Shown here piece by piece: positions 26,294-34,735 of a stretch of 58,689 bases of DNA; the stretch's first letter is position 1, and every line of letters begins with the position of its first letter. The notes under the pieces are model-generated. The model was not told the DNA's origin, ran no database searches, and saw only the letters and a list, made by a program, of their open reading frames with translations. The stretch spans positions 1 through 58,689 of the forward strand of contig DATKVU010000025.1 of assembly GCA_035529915.1 (NCBI GenBank), given 5' to 3'. This DNA is from Clostridia bacterium. Its GTDB lineage: Bacteria > Patescibacteriota > Microgenomatia > UM-FILTER-40-11. The position numbers and the translations under genes were made by a program.

Positions 26294-27999
26294 AATGGCA
26301 GAACTAGCTTTCTCCCCGGCTTTCTGTCGTTGGGGCTTAAGAGAAATCCAATCATAACGATATAAATCAACAGCCCGATTAAACTAACTGCTTCCGAAAT
26401 CGCCCGAAGAGGGGTTCTTAAAAATTTAAAAGTTACTTGATTTTCACCGGGCGAGAGAGTCAGGCGCATCAAACCATGGTCATTATTGTAGTCGATGACC
26501 GCTTTTTTGCCGTTAACAAAAGCCTGCCAGCCGGGATAATAAATATGGGCAATCTCAATTACCGAATTGGTTGAGGAATTAACCTCAAAACTTTTTTGTA
26601 AATAGCCCCATTCAATTTTCTCCACCTTCCCCTTCCCCTGGGTGAACTTTACTTTTTCGCTGGCATAAGTCTTGGGCTTAAGCTTAACCCAGCGAGGGAG
26701 GTATTCATCGTGCCAAGTAGTGCTTTCAGAAACCGCTGGCGCATCAAAAAACATACTGGGTTTAAAAAAACGGTAATTTTCAAAAATATGCCAAGAGAGA
26801 ACAATTAAGAGGAAGATGGGGAAAAGATATTTAAACCATTCTTTAGCCTGAAAGTGCTTTTGTGAAAGATAGAAAAAGGCGGCAAACAAAATTGCGCCGC
26901 AAAAAGTACTGATGACATGAAACCGCCAGGGAAACTGCAAAAACGGTAAAACCTTTAAAGTCCGCCATAAAAAATCTGAAGCTGGCAATTCGATATAAGT
27001 CGCCAAGAGTAACATCCCAAAGACAAAAAAAATCGTTTTCCTAAATTTTGTTTTAATAAAAAAATTAAGAATTGCGGCTAAAATAGAAAAAACAATAATT
27101 GCCTTGCCAAGCTGAAGCGACATGGGATTTTCTTCAATAAAGCCGCCGAAACTCCACGGGGTATGCCAGATCTTCGACAAAGAAAGAAAACATCGCCAGT
27201 AAGGGTTCTGGGCGAATTCGCCTATCATCACAAAACGGGTCTCATAAATCAAGGGCAGCCAATAAAAGCAGGAAACAGTCGCTGCCAAAATTCCCGATCC
27301 TGCCAAGTTAAATACATCTTCCTTTAGGTGGCGGGGGTGGAGGAAGAGAAAATAAAAAAGATTAAAAAACAAAAGGAAAAGGCCAAAAATAAAGGCAGAG
27401 GTGTTATGGGCAATAAACAAAAGGAAAAGAGAAAATGAGAAGGCCAAACGCCAAAGTCCTTTGTTTTTAGCGGTTAAAAGCTGGTAATTGGCCAAAACCA
27501 CAAAAGGGAAAAGCGAGAGAGAGAAAAACTCGGCCAGATTCCCCCGTACATAAACATCCAGTGCCCGGTAGGGGGCATAAGAAAAGACAATAGCGGCAAT
27601 AAAAGCAGGCCACGTCCCCCACCAGCGTTTTATTAAAAAATACATCCCAAATCCCCCCAGTAAAAAGCCAAGAATAAAAACTAACTTGGTTGAAATTAAA
27701 AAATTAAAGCCCAAAAAGACAAAAAAAGCCCCAATTAAATATGCGAGGGGGGGATAAAAAATATAGAGAGGATAACCATGTCCGTATAAGAGGTTGCTAG
27801 ACCAACGCGGAGGAATATCGCCAAAACGCAAAGACTGAAAATATTCAAAGACTCTTACCACTTGGACGTTGTCGTGGCTGGGAAAGAAACCTCGGTGGAA
27901 AAAGGGGGCAAAAGTTGGGAGGAGAAGAACAAAGATTAAGCCGACTAAAATTATTTCCTCAAACCGCGAGAATTTTGCTTTAATCTTGTCTTGCATCAT
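26278..27999 (-). CDS. HD-loop polytopic membrane protein with YfhO-type C-terminal module (PTPS-related-like, putative GT-C)
   Basis: Loop 1 FFPSHDNVQVVRVFEYFQSLRFGDIPPRWSSNLLYGHGYPLYIFYPPLAYL. C-terminal YYPGWQAFVNGKKAVIDYNNDHGLMRLTLSPGENQV plus a terminal TM. Paralogue of 50988-52682. The track start is TTG 28035; I prefer the ATG ATG at 27999/27996. Confidence 0.65.
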   Translation of the reverse strand: MMQDKIKAKFSRFEEIILVGLIFVLLLPTFAPFFHRGFFPSHDNVQVVRVFEYFQSLRFGDIPPRWSSNLLYGHGYPLYIFYPPLAYLIGAFFVFLGFNFLISTKLVFILGFLLGGFGMYFLIKRWWGTWPAFIAAIVFSYAPYRALDVYVRGNLAEFFSLSLFPFVVLANYQLLTAKNKGLWRLAFSFSLFLLFIAHNTSAFIFGLFLLFFNLFYFLFLHPRHLKEDVFNLAGSGILAATVSCFYWLPLIYETRFVMIGEFAQNPYWRCFLSLSKIWHTPWSFGGFIEENPMSLQLGKAIIVFSILAAILNFFIKTKFRKTIFFVFGMLLLATYIELPASDFLWRTLKVLPFLQFPWRFHVISTFCGAILFAAFFYLSQKHFQAKEWFKYLFPIFLLIVLSWHIFENYRFFKPSMFFDAPAVSESTTWHDEYLPRWVKLKPKTYASEKVKFTQGKGKVEKIEWGYLQKSFEVNSSTNSVIEIAHIYYPGWQAFVNGKKAVIDYNNDHGLMRLTLSPGENQVTFKFLRTPLRAISEAVSLIGLLIYIVMIGFLLSPNDRKPGRKLVLPLWNKK

Positions 28000-28044
28000 T
28001 AAAAGAATTCGGTTGTTTATCCAAGAAAGGGGCAACTGAAGAAA

Positions 28045-28053
28045 AGTATATCA
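28045..28053 (-). promoter_or_regulatory. extended -10-like element TGATATACT in the gap upstream of the HD-loop gene
   Basis: Minus strand TGATATACT (28053-28045), 45 nt before ATG 27999. Same TGnTATACT form as at 4366-4358. Motif reading only. Confidence 0.25.
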
Positions 28054-28064
28054 CAGGGGAAGGA

Positions 28065-28751
28065 CTATTTTAAGAAACGGCTAATCTTTGCCTTAGTGAA
28101 AAGTTCTCCCATCCATTCTTGGAACTTTTCATTAATTTTTTGATCAACTAAAATCCCTTTTGCCTCCGCTTTTCTCCCCGCTTCATCGCTGGCCGTTAAA
28201 CTGCCTGCATCGTTCTTCATAAACTCATCGATCTCTTGGTCAGAAACATTCAATTCGCCTTGGAGAATTTTTTCCGTCACCAACCGGATTTTCAATTGCT
28301 GACGGAGATCGGCCATCGTCATTCCTTGATATTTAAGTATTTCCTCAATATTCGCCCCCTCCCCTAGACTCTGGCTCAATTTTTTTACCTCCGCATCAAT
28401 TTCACCTTCGCCGACAATTACTTTCTTACTCTTCGCTTCCTGAGCAATTAACTTTTCCATAATCAGGGTTTCTAAAACCTCTTTCCCGAAAGAACTCGTC
28501 ATCCGTTGATTAAGCTCGTATCGAAAAACCGGCCGGCTATTTACCGTCGCTACCACTATTTGCTCTCTAAGGAGGAAACCCAGTCCAGCCAAAATGGCCA
28601 CGACTAAAACCGCTAAGACCACTGGCATGGGGAAACGAAAGCCTTTTGCCTTCAACTTCTCTACCTTTTTGACCGCAGCCCACAAATTTCTGGCTTGACA
28701 GGCAGCAACGATTCTTAATCCCTGGGGGGTTTTCGCTGTTTTTCTTTTCAT
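28065..28751 (-). CDS. membrane-anchored SurA-N/PrsA-like chaperone domain protein (no PPIase domain seen)
   Basis: Single TM PVVLAVLVVAILAGLGFLL, then VATVNSRPVFRYELNQRM...LIMEKLIAQEAKSKKV...ADLRQQLKIRLVTEKIL, typical of the SurA N-terminal chaperone fold. The track start is TTG 28781; ATG 28751 (MKRKTAKT) is preferred. Confidence 0.6.
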   Translation of the reverse strand: MKRKTAKTPQGLRIVAACQARNLWAAVKKVEKLKAKGFRFPMPVVLAVLVVAILAGLGFLLREQIVVATVNSRPVFRYELNQRMTSSFGKEVLETLIMEKLIAQEAKSKKVIVGEGEIDAEVKKLSQSLGEGANIEEILKYQGMTMADLRQQLKIRLVTEKILQGELNVSDQEIDEFMKNDAGSLTASDEAGRKAEAKGILVDQKINEKFQEWMGELFTKAKISRFLK

Positions 28752-28768
28752 AAAAAATAGTATACCCT

Positions 28769-31147
28769 TTACCGGCACCAAAGTAAACGTCTAAGTCCAA
28801 TCAGAATCAAAAATAAACAGGAAGCGCCACTCACTAAAGCGCCGAGCCGAAAGGAGATTGGCCGATAGCTAAAACCGACTTTGTGTTCTCCTTCGGGGAT
28901 TAAAACTGAACGGAAAGCGAAATCGGTCCGAAATATCTCCGTTTTCCTACCGTCAATTTCCGCCTCCCAACCGGGATAATCATTTTCACTAACAAAGAGT
29001 AAGGCTGGTTTTTTAACGGTAACCAAAAATTCTTGCTTATTGGACTCAACCGCAGTTTGTTTTACCGTCTCTCCCGCTTCTATTTCTCCCACCAAAGTCA
29101 CTCCCAATTCTTTTTCCAAAACAACCGTCTTTTGGGGATTAAAGCTTTCTTCCTGCAACCGTTCGGCAATTTGTTCTTCCGTCTTTTCTACAACATAATG
29201 GCGCACTAAAAAAGCCCGGGGCAAACAATGATTATTCTTTAAAACTTTAACCGACCCGTCTTCAAAGACCGCCTCAAGCTTTGGCAGTTTAAATTGCCAA
29301 TTCATCGAATTTCCTTGAGGGGTAGCTCTTTCAAGATTATCCCTCTTCACCGCCAGAACATAGCAAATATTGCTTAAATCGAACAAAGGCGAATCATACC
29401 GGCTAATCTGGCCATAGCGAGGCTTAGGATGATTGGGAGTTCCCCCCTCAATTATGGCTAAGAATTGAGCTTGTCGCCGGGGGTACATCGGATCGTAAGC
29501 AGAAAAAGACGAAAGACCGTAGGCAACGAGCATATTCATCGGGACAACATCTCCTCCTTCTACTCGGAAAATCCCCGGCTGGCGCTTTAAAAATTCGATG
29601 GCCGGAGTTTCCGGAAAAACCAAGTTAGAAGGGGTAAAAGGAGTGTATTTCCAACCGAAACGGAAAAGCTCGACTACCGCCAAAATAAAAAGCAACCCCA
29701 AAGCCGCTTTTCGAACTAACGGCCGACCCAAAATGGCGAAAGCTAACAGTCCGCTGGTAAAAAAAGCCACTGCTCCCGGCAAGATAAGGTTCCTCATCCC
29801 AACCCGCCAGTTGATTAAAGTCACCCCTGCCCCTAAAGGTAACCCCCGCTGATAAACCGAAAAGAAAGTTTTGCCAAAAATGATTATCAAAGCAAAAACT
29901 GGGAGCCATCCCCAACGCCAATCTTTAAGACTCATCTTTCCTTTCCGGAGAAAATCAAAGGAATAAGCGGCTAAACCGGCCAGGGAAAAGTTAATCAAAA
30001 AAAGGGCTCGGGTCGCCGCCATCGCTCCTTGGCCAAAAAAGTTAAGTCGCTGCCACCAAGCGGCCAAAGGTATTGGCAAAACTAATAATAAGGCAAGAGT
30101 TAAAAGGGCCACTAAAAAGAAAGTTTCTTTGGTCTTTTTGACTCTTCTTAGAATCAAGCAGGCCAAAATTAAAGTCACTAACCCCGAATACAGGGCGCTA
30201 TGAGTATAGTCGCCAGCGCCCCAAAAATTACCGGTTACCGGATGGCCGAAAAAGTCGGGGGCCAAAAAGGCAATCAAATGAACCCAAGGCAAAAACGACT
30301 GGTTCACCGTTAAAACTTCCCCCCGTCGTTGAGAATTTAAGAATAACTCCACGGTCGGTATAAGCTGACAACTGGCCAAAGCGGCCCCTAATCCCAGCCA
30401 AAAAAACCAAAGAAGAGTCCTTTTTTGCCATAGCTTAAATTGAGTCAGAACAAAAAGACCTAAGGCCAAAAGACTATAGACGACTATTTGAGGATATCCG
30501 GCAAAAATTTGTCCGGCTAGCGCTAAACTAAGCCAAATCCCAAAGCGAGTTTTACCGGAGCGAAAATATTCCTGAGTAAGATAAAGAAGGGCCGGCAAAA
30601 GCGCTATCACATAACCGTGAACATTCCACTCCAACCAAATAATCAAAAACCCGGAAAAGGCAAATATCAAGCCTCCCAAAACCGCGGCAATTTTGCTTAA
30701 ATTAAGCGAACGAAAAAAAAGGTAAGCAAAAAAAGCGGCTAAAAAAGGCTGAAAAACCGTTTGCCACCCCCAAGCCGTCAAAGGCGGCAAAATTAAGTAA
30801 AGCAAATTAGTCGGATTAAAAAGCCCGACTTGAATATTGGCTAAATGGGGAAAGCCGCCGAACATTAAGGGATTCCAAAGGGGAATCACCCCGGCTTTAA
30901 GAGCTTGGAGAGCATAAATTTTATAGGGATAAATTTGCGATACCACATCCGACAAAAGAGGATTTTTAACCGGGACACCGACGGGATAGCCCCATTTGTA
31001 GTCCAACCAAGGAAAATACATCCCCGTAATAATATCCGCTGGAAGAGGGACCAAACCTTTTATGAAAAATGGCCAAAAGAAAATCAAAACCGCTCCCCCA
31101 ATTACCAAAACTGGCCAGAACCGGTTAAACCATCTTTTAATCTTCAT
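28769..31147 (-). CDS. YfhO-family GT-C membrane protein
   Basis: 792 aa. N-terminal box LPADIITGMYFPWLDYKWGYPVGVPVKNPLLSD and many TM segments. External C-terminal region with ENDYPGWEAEIDGRKTEIFRTDFAFRSVLIPEGEHKV and a terminal TM LGALVSGASCLFLILIG. Confidence 0.8.
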   Translation of the reverse strand: MKIKRWFNRFWPVLVIGGAVLIFFWPFFIKGLVPLPADIITGMYFPWLDYKWGYPVGVPVKNPLLSDVVSQIYPYKIYALQALKAGVIPLWNPLMFGGFPHLANIQVGLFNPTNLLYLILPPLTAWGWQTVFQPFLAAFFAYLFFRSLNLSKIAAVLGGLIFAFSGFLIIWLEWNVHGYVIALLPALLYLTQEYFRSGKTRFGIWLSLALAGQIFAGYPQIVVYSLLALGLFVLTQFKLWQKRTLLWFFWLGLGAALASCQLIPTVELFLNSQRRGEVLTVNQSFLPWVHLIAFLAPDFFGHPVTGNFWGAGDYTHSALYSGLVTLILACLILRRVKKTKETFFLVALLTLALLLVLPIPLAAWWQRLNFFGQGAMAATRALFLINFSLAGLAAYSFDFLRKGKMSLKDWRWGWLPVFALIIIFGKTFFSVYQRGLPLGAGVTLINWRVGMRNLILPGAVAFFTSGLLAFAILGRPLVRKAALGLLFILAVVELFRFGWKYTPFTPSNLVFPETPAIEFLKRQPGIFRVEGGDVVPMNMLVAYGLSSFSAYDPMYPRRQAQFLAIIEGGTPNHPKPRYGQISRYDSPLFDLSNICYVLAVKRDNLERATPQGNSMNWQFKLPKLEAVFEDGSVKVLKNNHCLPRAFLVRHYVVEKTEEQIAERLQEESFNPQKTVVLEKELGVTLVGEIEAGETVKQTAVESNKQEFLVTVKKPALLFVSENDYPGWEAEIDGRKTEIFRTDFAFRSVLIPEGEHKVGFSYRPISFRLGALVSGASCLFLILIGLRRLLWCR

Positions 31148-31152
31148 TACCG

Positions 31153-33453
31153 TTAGTTTTTCAAACAGAAAAAAGGTGAAAATTCCATTACTAACTGATG
31201 CTGGCCTTTATCAACCATCACCGCCTGGAAAGTATAATTTGCTCGGTAAATTTTGGTTCTTTGGCCGTCAACTTTCGCTTCCCAACCCGGATAGTAATTA
31301 TTGGCGATGAAAATTAAACCTGGTTGGTCGGATTCTACCGCCAAAACAAGCCGACCCGGACGATATTCCTGCCAAGCGACTTTCGCCGTTGGGGACTTTT
31401 CGGGAGGCGGTAACTCAATCTCCTCCTCTAAAACTACCTCTTTGGCTAAGTCTCGTCCCGCAAAGGTCGACTCGTCCAGAGATTTTAAATCCTTAATGAC
31501 TTTCCTCTGGTAAACCCAAAATGCCCGCGGGAGAAAATTGAGATTTTCATAAACTTGAACGGTTTTGTCTTCAAAAACCAAATGGAAATCATCCGTTTGA
31601 AAAATAGCGGGCGGTTTACCATCGGGAGAAAAAATTCCCTTCTCATTAACTTTCTTGGCCAAAACAAACTTAACATTCAAAAGAGGGAAAAGAGAGGCAT
31701 GGTAATTTCTAATCAGCTGGACTCGGGAAATTTTCTCTTCCATCCTACCAGATTCCAAAAAAGATAAAAATTCCCCCATTCTTCTTGGTAAAAGAGCGTC
31801 GTAGCCGGAAACGGTTTCTATCCCATAAGGCATCAAGAAATTTTGGGGAATAACCTCCCCTAGCTCCACCCGGAATGGCTCAACACTTTTAGCTTTCTCT
31901 CTTAGGAGAAAATCAATTACCGGCGTGGAAGGGAAAAGAAGATGCGGAGGAGAAAACGGCAAGTATTTCCGAGCCGAATAAAGGAGCTGACCGGTCGTTA
32001 AGAAGATTAAAAAAACAGCCAAGCAATATCTTCGCTTAGAATTTTGCCTAAAGAAAGGTAAAAGGCGCGCCAGCATCAGCAAAGCCGAAGGGACAACGAC
32101 CAATAAAGGCAGAATTAAATTCCGTTGAGCAATTAATCGCTGAACCGAACCGGGAAGCTGAAAAGAAAAATAAATCGCCCCTCCCATTAGCAAGGCCAAC
32201 CAAGTCACGGTTAAAAAGACGGGTAGCTTCCGGCTGTTTTTTAAAAACATCTCCATTCCCCAAGCCGCCAAGATGGCTAAAGCAAAATCAGTCATAAAAA
32301 GAGCCCGAGCGGCCACACCACCGGAAAGGAAAAGGGCTTTTTCCAGGAAAAGACCCAGAGGGTTTTTAAAAATAAGCAAAACCGAAAAAAGCAAAATTAA
32401 CCACCAAAAAGCAATTTCCCGCCGGCGGAGAAAGAAAAGGGAAAAAAAGACTAGAAGCAGCGTCCCCGTCCCGACAAAGAAATAAAAGTTATCATAAAAG
32501 GCTTGACCAAAAAAATTGCCGGTTGCCGGATGGCCAAAAAAGTCAGGGGCTAAAGCCGTTACCAAATTTTTCAGCGGCAAATAAGAAGCATTGCTGGCAC
32601 TGACTAGTGGATCAATCGCCCGAATGGAATTCTGAGCCAGTTGTAACCCGGGAAAAATTTGGCCAAAAGCCAAAAGCCAACCCAAAACCACCGCTCCCAA
32701 TAAACTAAAATAGTCTCTCCAATTAAGTCTTCCGCCTCTTAATTGAGGCCAAAAATAGAAGTAAAAGACATAGAAGAAACAAATCAAATAACTATATATC
32801 ACCAGCGGAAGGTAACCGGTAAAAATCTGGCTCGCGATAAAGACCGCCAAAAAAGCTAACCAAATCCGCTTTTTTTCGCCTAGGACTTTTTCAATGGCTG
32901 AAAGTAAAAGCGGGAGGAATAAAGCCGTGTGACCGTGAACATTGTATTGCAACCAGGCAATCTCAAAACCGCAAAGAGCGAAAACAATACTTCCCAGCAG
33001 AGCCGCCACCGAACTTAATTTTCGTCGCAGGAAAAGAAACATAAAAGCCATCGTCAAAATCGGCGAGAGGGCAACTCCTAAAGACCAAGCGAGTGGTTTG
33101 GGAAAGAAAAGAAAAAAGAGATTGACATAGGAAAAAACCGCTGATTGAAAATTAGCCAAAAGAGGCATCCCGGCAAAATAATAAGGGTTCCAAAATGGCA
33201 GTCTGCCTCTAGACAGCTGGTCAATGACAAACTGGCGCCAAGGATACAAAAGAGAGGGAATGTCGCTAATAAGGGGATTTTTAACCGGGACACCCACGAG
33301 ATAGCCCCATTTATAATCAAGCCAAGGAAAATAAAGACCGGTAATAATATCTGCTGGCAGAGGCAGTCGACCCTGAATTAAAAAGGGCCAAAATAAAATC
33401 CCCCAAATCAAAACCATCAGGGCAAAAGGCCACCATTTCTTAAGCCTTTTCAT
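31153..33453 (-). CDS. YfhO-family GT-C membrane protein (tandem paralogue)
   Basis: LPADIITGLYFPWLDYKWGYLVGVPVKNPLISD is nearly identical to its neighbour's box. C-terminal NNYYPGWEAKVDGQRTKIYRANYTFQAVMVDKGQHQLV, but the protein ends at EFSPFFCLKN without the terminal TM. The track start is TTG 33471; ATG 33453 (MKRLKKWW) is preferred. Confidence 0.8.
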   Translation of the reverse strand: MKRLKKWWPFALMVLIWGILFWPFLIQGRLPLPADIITGLYFPWLDYKWGYLVGVPVKNPLISDIPSLLYPWRQFVIDQLSRGRLPFWNPYYFAGMPLLANFQSAVFSYVNLFFLFFPKPLAWSLGVALSPILTMAFMFLFLRRKLSSVAALLGSIVFALCGFEIAWLQYNVHGHTALFLPLLLSAIEKVLGEKKRIWLAFLAVFIASQIFTGYLPLVIYSYLICFFYVFYFYFWPQLRGGRLNWRDYFSLLGAVVLGWLLAFGQIFPGLQLAQNSIRAIDPLVSASNASYLPLKNLVTALAPDFFGHPATGNFFGQAFYDNFYFFVGTGTLLLVFFSLFFLRRREIAFWWLILLFSVLLIFKNPLGLFLEKALFLSGGVAARALFMTDFALAILAAWGMEMFLKNSRKLPVFLTVTWLALLMGGAIYFSFQLPGSVQRLIAQRNLILPLLVVVPSALLMLARLLPFFRQNSKRRYCLAVFLIFLTTGQLLYSARKYLPFSPPHLLFPSTPVIDFLLREKAKSVEPFRVELGEVIPQNFLMPYGIETVSGYDALLPRRMGEFLSFLESGRMEEKISRVQLIRNYHASLFPLLNVKFVLAKKVNEKGIFSPDGKPPAIFQTDDFHLVFEDKTVQVYENLNFLPRAFWVYQRKVIKDLKSLDESTFAGRDLAKEVVLEEEIELPPPEKSPTAKVAWQEYRPGRLVLAVESDQPGLIFIANNYYPGWEAKVDGQRTKIYRANYTFQAVMVDKGQHQLVMEFSPFFCLKN

Positions 33454-34735
33454 TTTTCCGAGAATCGTCAATTCGAATTAACTGGAACATCACTAAAAGG
33501 ACAATGGCGGCAAAAACACTTCTTATAAGGCTTTTTAACTGAAAAACATCATAAAAACGGCCAATCAAAACCGAAAGTGGCTGAACCAGAGTTAATGAAG
33601 GAATTACCGGAGCAAACAAAGCGACTGAAAGCGATGGCTCAAAAAACAGAGTTAAAAGCAGCCATCCTAAAAATAGACTAATCGGGAAAATCGCTAAGCG
33701 ACGATGTTCGGCCCAAAAAATAATTAGGAAAGGAGAAATCCATAAAAACCATTGAGGATGATAGTGAGTCAAAGCGAAAAAAATAAGCAAAACCGCCAAA
33801 AACCACCGCCAAATTTCTCCTTTCTTCATTACCGCCAGTCCCAGCAGGAAAAGATAAAGAACTACAAAAAGCGAAAGATATTCGGCTCCGGAAACAGGAA
33901 TCCTGGCAAAAAGCATTTTTTGCGATTGATTAGACAGCAAAACCGTCTGACGGAAATTAACGGAATTCAAAAAGGGGAGAATCGAGAAGAAGTAAGGCAA
34001 AAAACCCGTTAAGAGCAAAAACAGGGTTCTTTTCAAATTCTTTCCCTGAACAACCGCCAAAAAAGGCAGAAAAAGGAGCGGAAACATTTTGTAAGCTCCC
34101 CCTATCCCCAGCAAAAAAGCGGCCCAAAACGGCCTTTTTTTCCGAACCAGAAAAACGGCCAGAAGAGTCAAAAAAACTGGAATAATATCAAACTGGCCTA
34201 TCATATAGGCCGTATAAAAAAGTAGCGGGTTAAAGAGCCATAAGATAGTCGCCAGAAACTTTTTCCGGGGCTCATCAAAGAGCTTTCTTAAGAGCACCAA
34301 AATCCCCATATCAAAAAAAAGATAGGGGAGCTTTGTCAGAAAAAGATGGCCGGCCAAATAACGATTTTCTAAGATTGTCGGCAGGTTAACCGCCAAATTA
34401 GTAAAAAAATCGGCATTAAAAAGGGGTTTTAAGAGCCAGCCAAAAATTCCCAAAGTGAAGTAAGCCAAAGGCGGATAAGTAAAAAAATTTTGGCCATAAT
34501 TTTTAACTAAAATAGCGGTTTGGGGCAATTCCCCTAAGTAATCATAAATATTGATTACTCCTTTATAAGCGAAAAGGTGTTCCGCAAAAGAAATGGCCCA
34601 AAGGTCCGGATGAAGAGTCGTTAGCATTAGCGCTAACCGTAAAAGCAAAGCGAGCAAAAAAAGAAAAAATAATTTGGGAGATATTTTTTTAAAAAAATCA
34701 ATCGCCACGGCTAAGTAAATCATAAACTTTTTCAT
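33440..34735 (-). CDS. polytopic membrane protein, DUF2029/GT87-like (putative GT-C)
   Basis: Multi-TM. First loop LHPDLWAISFAEHLFAYKGVINIYDYLG...FFTYPPLAYF. The track start is TTG 34753; ATGs at 34735 and 34723. Overlaps the upstream GT4 3' end. Confidence 0.5.
   Translation of the reverse strand: MKKFMIYLAVAIDFFKKISPKLFFLFLLALLLRLALMLTTLHPDLWAISFAEHLFAYKGVINIYDYLGELPQTAILVKNYGQNFFTYPPLAYFTLGIFGWLLKPLFNADFFTNLAVNLPTILENRYLAGHLFLTKLPYLFFDMGILVLLRKLFDEPRKKFLATILWLFNPLLFYTAYMIGQFDIIPVFLTLLAVFLVRKKRPFWAAFLLGIGGAYKMFPLLFLPFLAVVQGKNLKRTLFLLLTGFLPYFFSILPFLNSVNFRQTVLLSNQSQKMLFARIPVSGAEYLSLFVVLYLFLLGLAVMKKGEIWRWFLAVLLIFFALTHYHPQWFLWISPFLIIFWAEHRRLAIFPISLFLGWLLLTLFFEPSLSVALFAPVIPSLTLVQPLSVLIGRFYDVFQLKSLIRSVFAAIVLLVMFQLIRIDDSRKNEKA

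Noticed and set aside
28752-28781. N-terminal extensions in the ORF track that begin at TTG or GTG, for example 28781, 28035, 33471, 34753, 41465, 44406, 48497, and the ATG-extended 35792 and 39778.
   Set aside because: In each case a downstream ATG gives an N-terminus that matches paralogues or the usual family architecture, and sits next to or just over the upstream stop. The longer forms remain possible but are less likely.
34684-34697. T7A7 palindrome at the GT4 / membrane-protein gene junction.
   Set aside because: It is a pure A/T self-complement within overlapping coding sequence. It is too weak to form a stable hairpin, and similar runs are common in this AT-leaning sequence.
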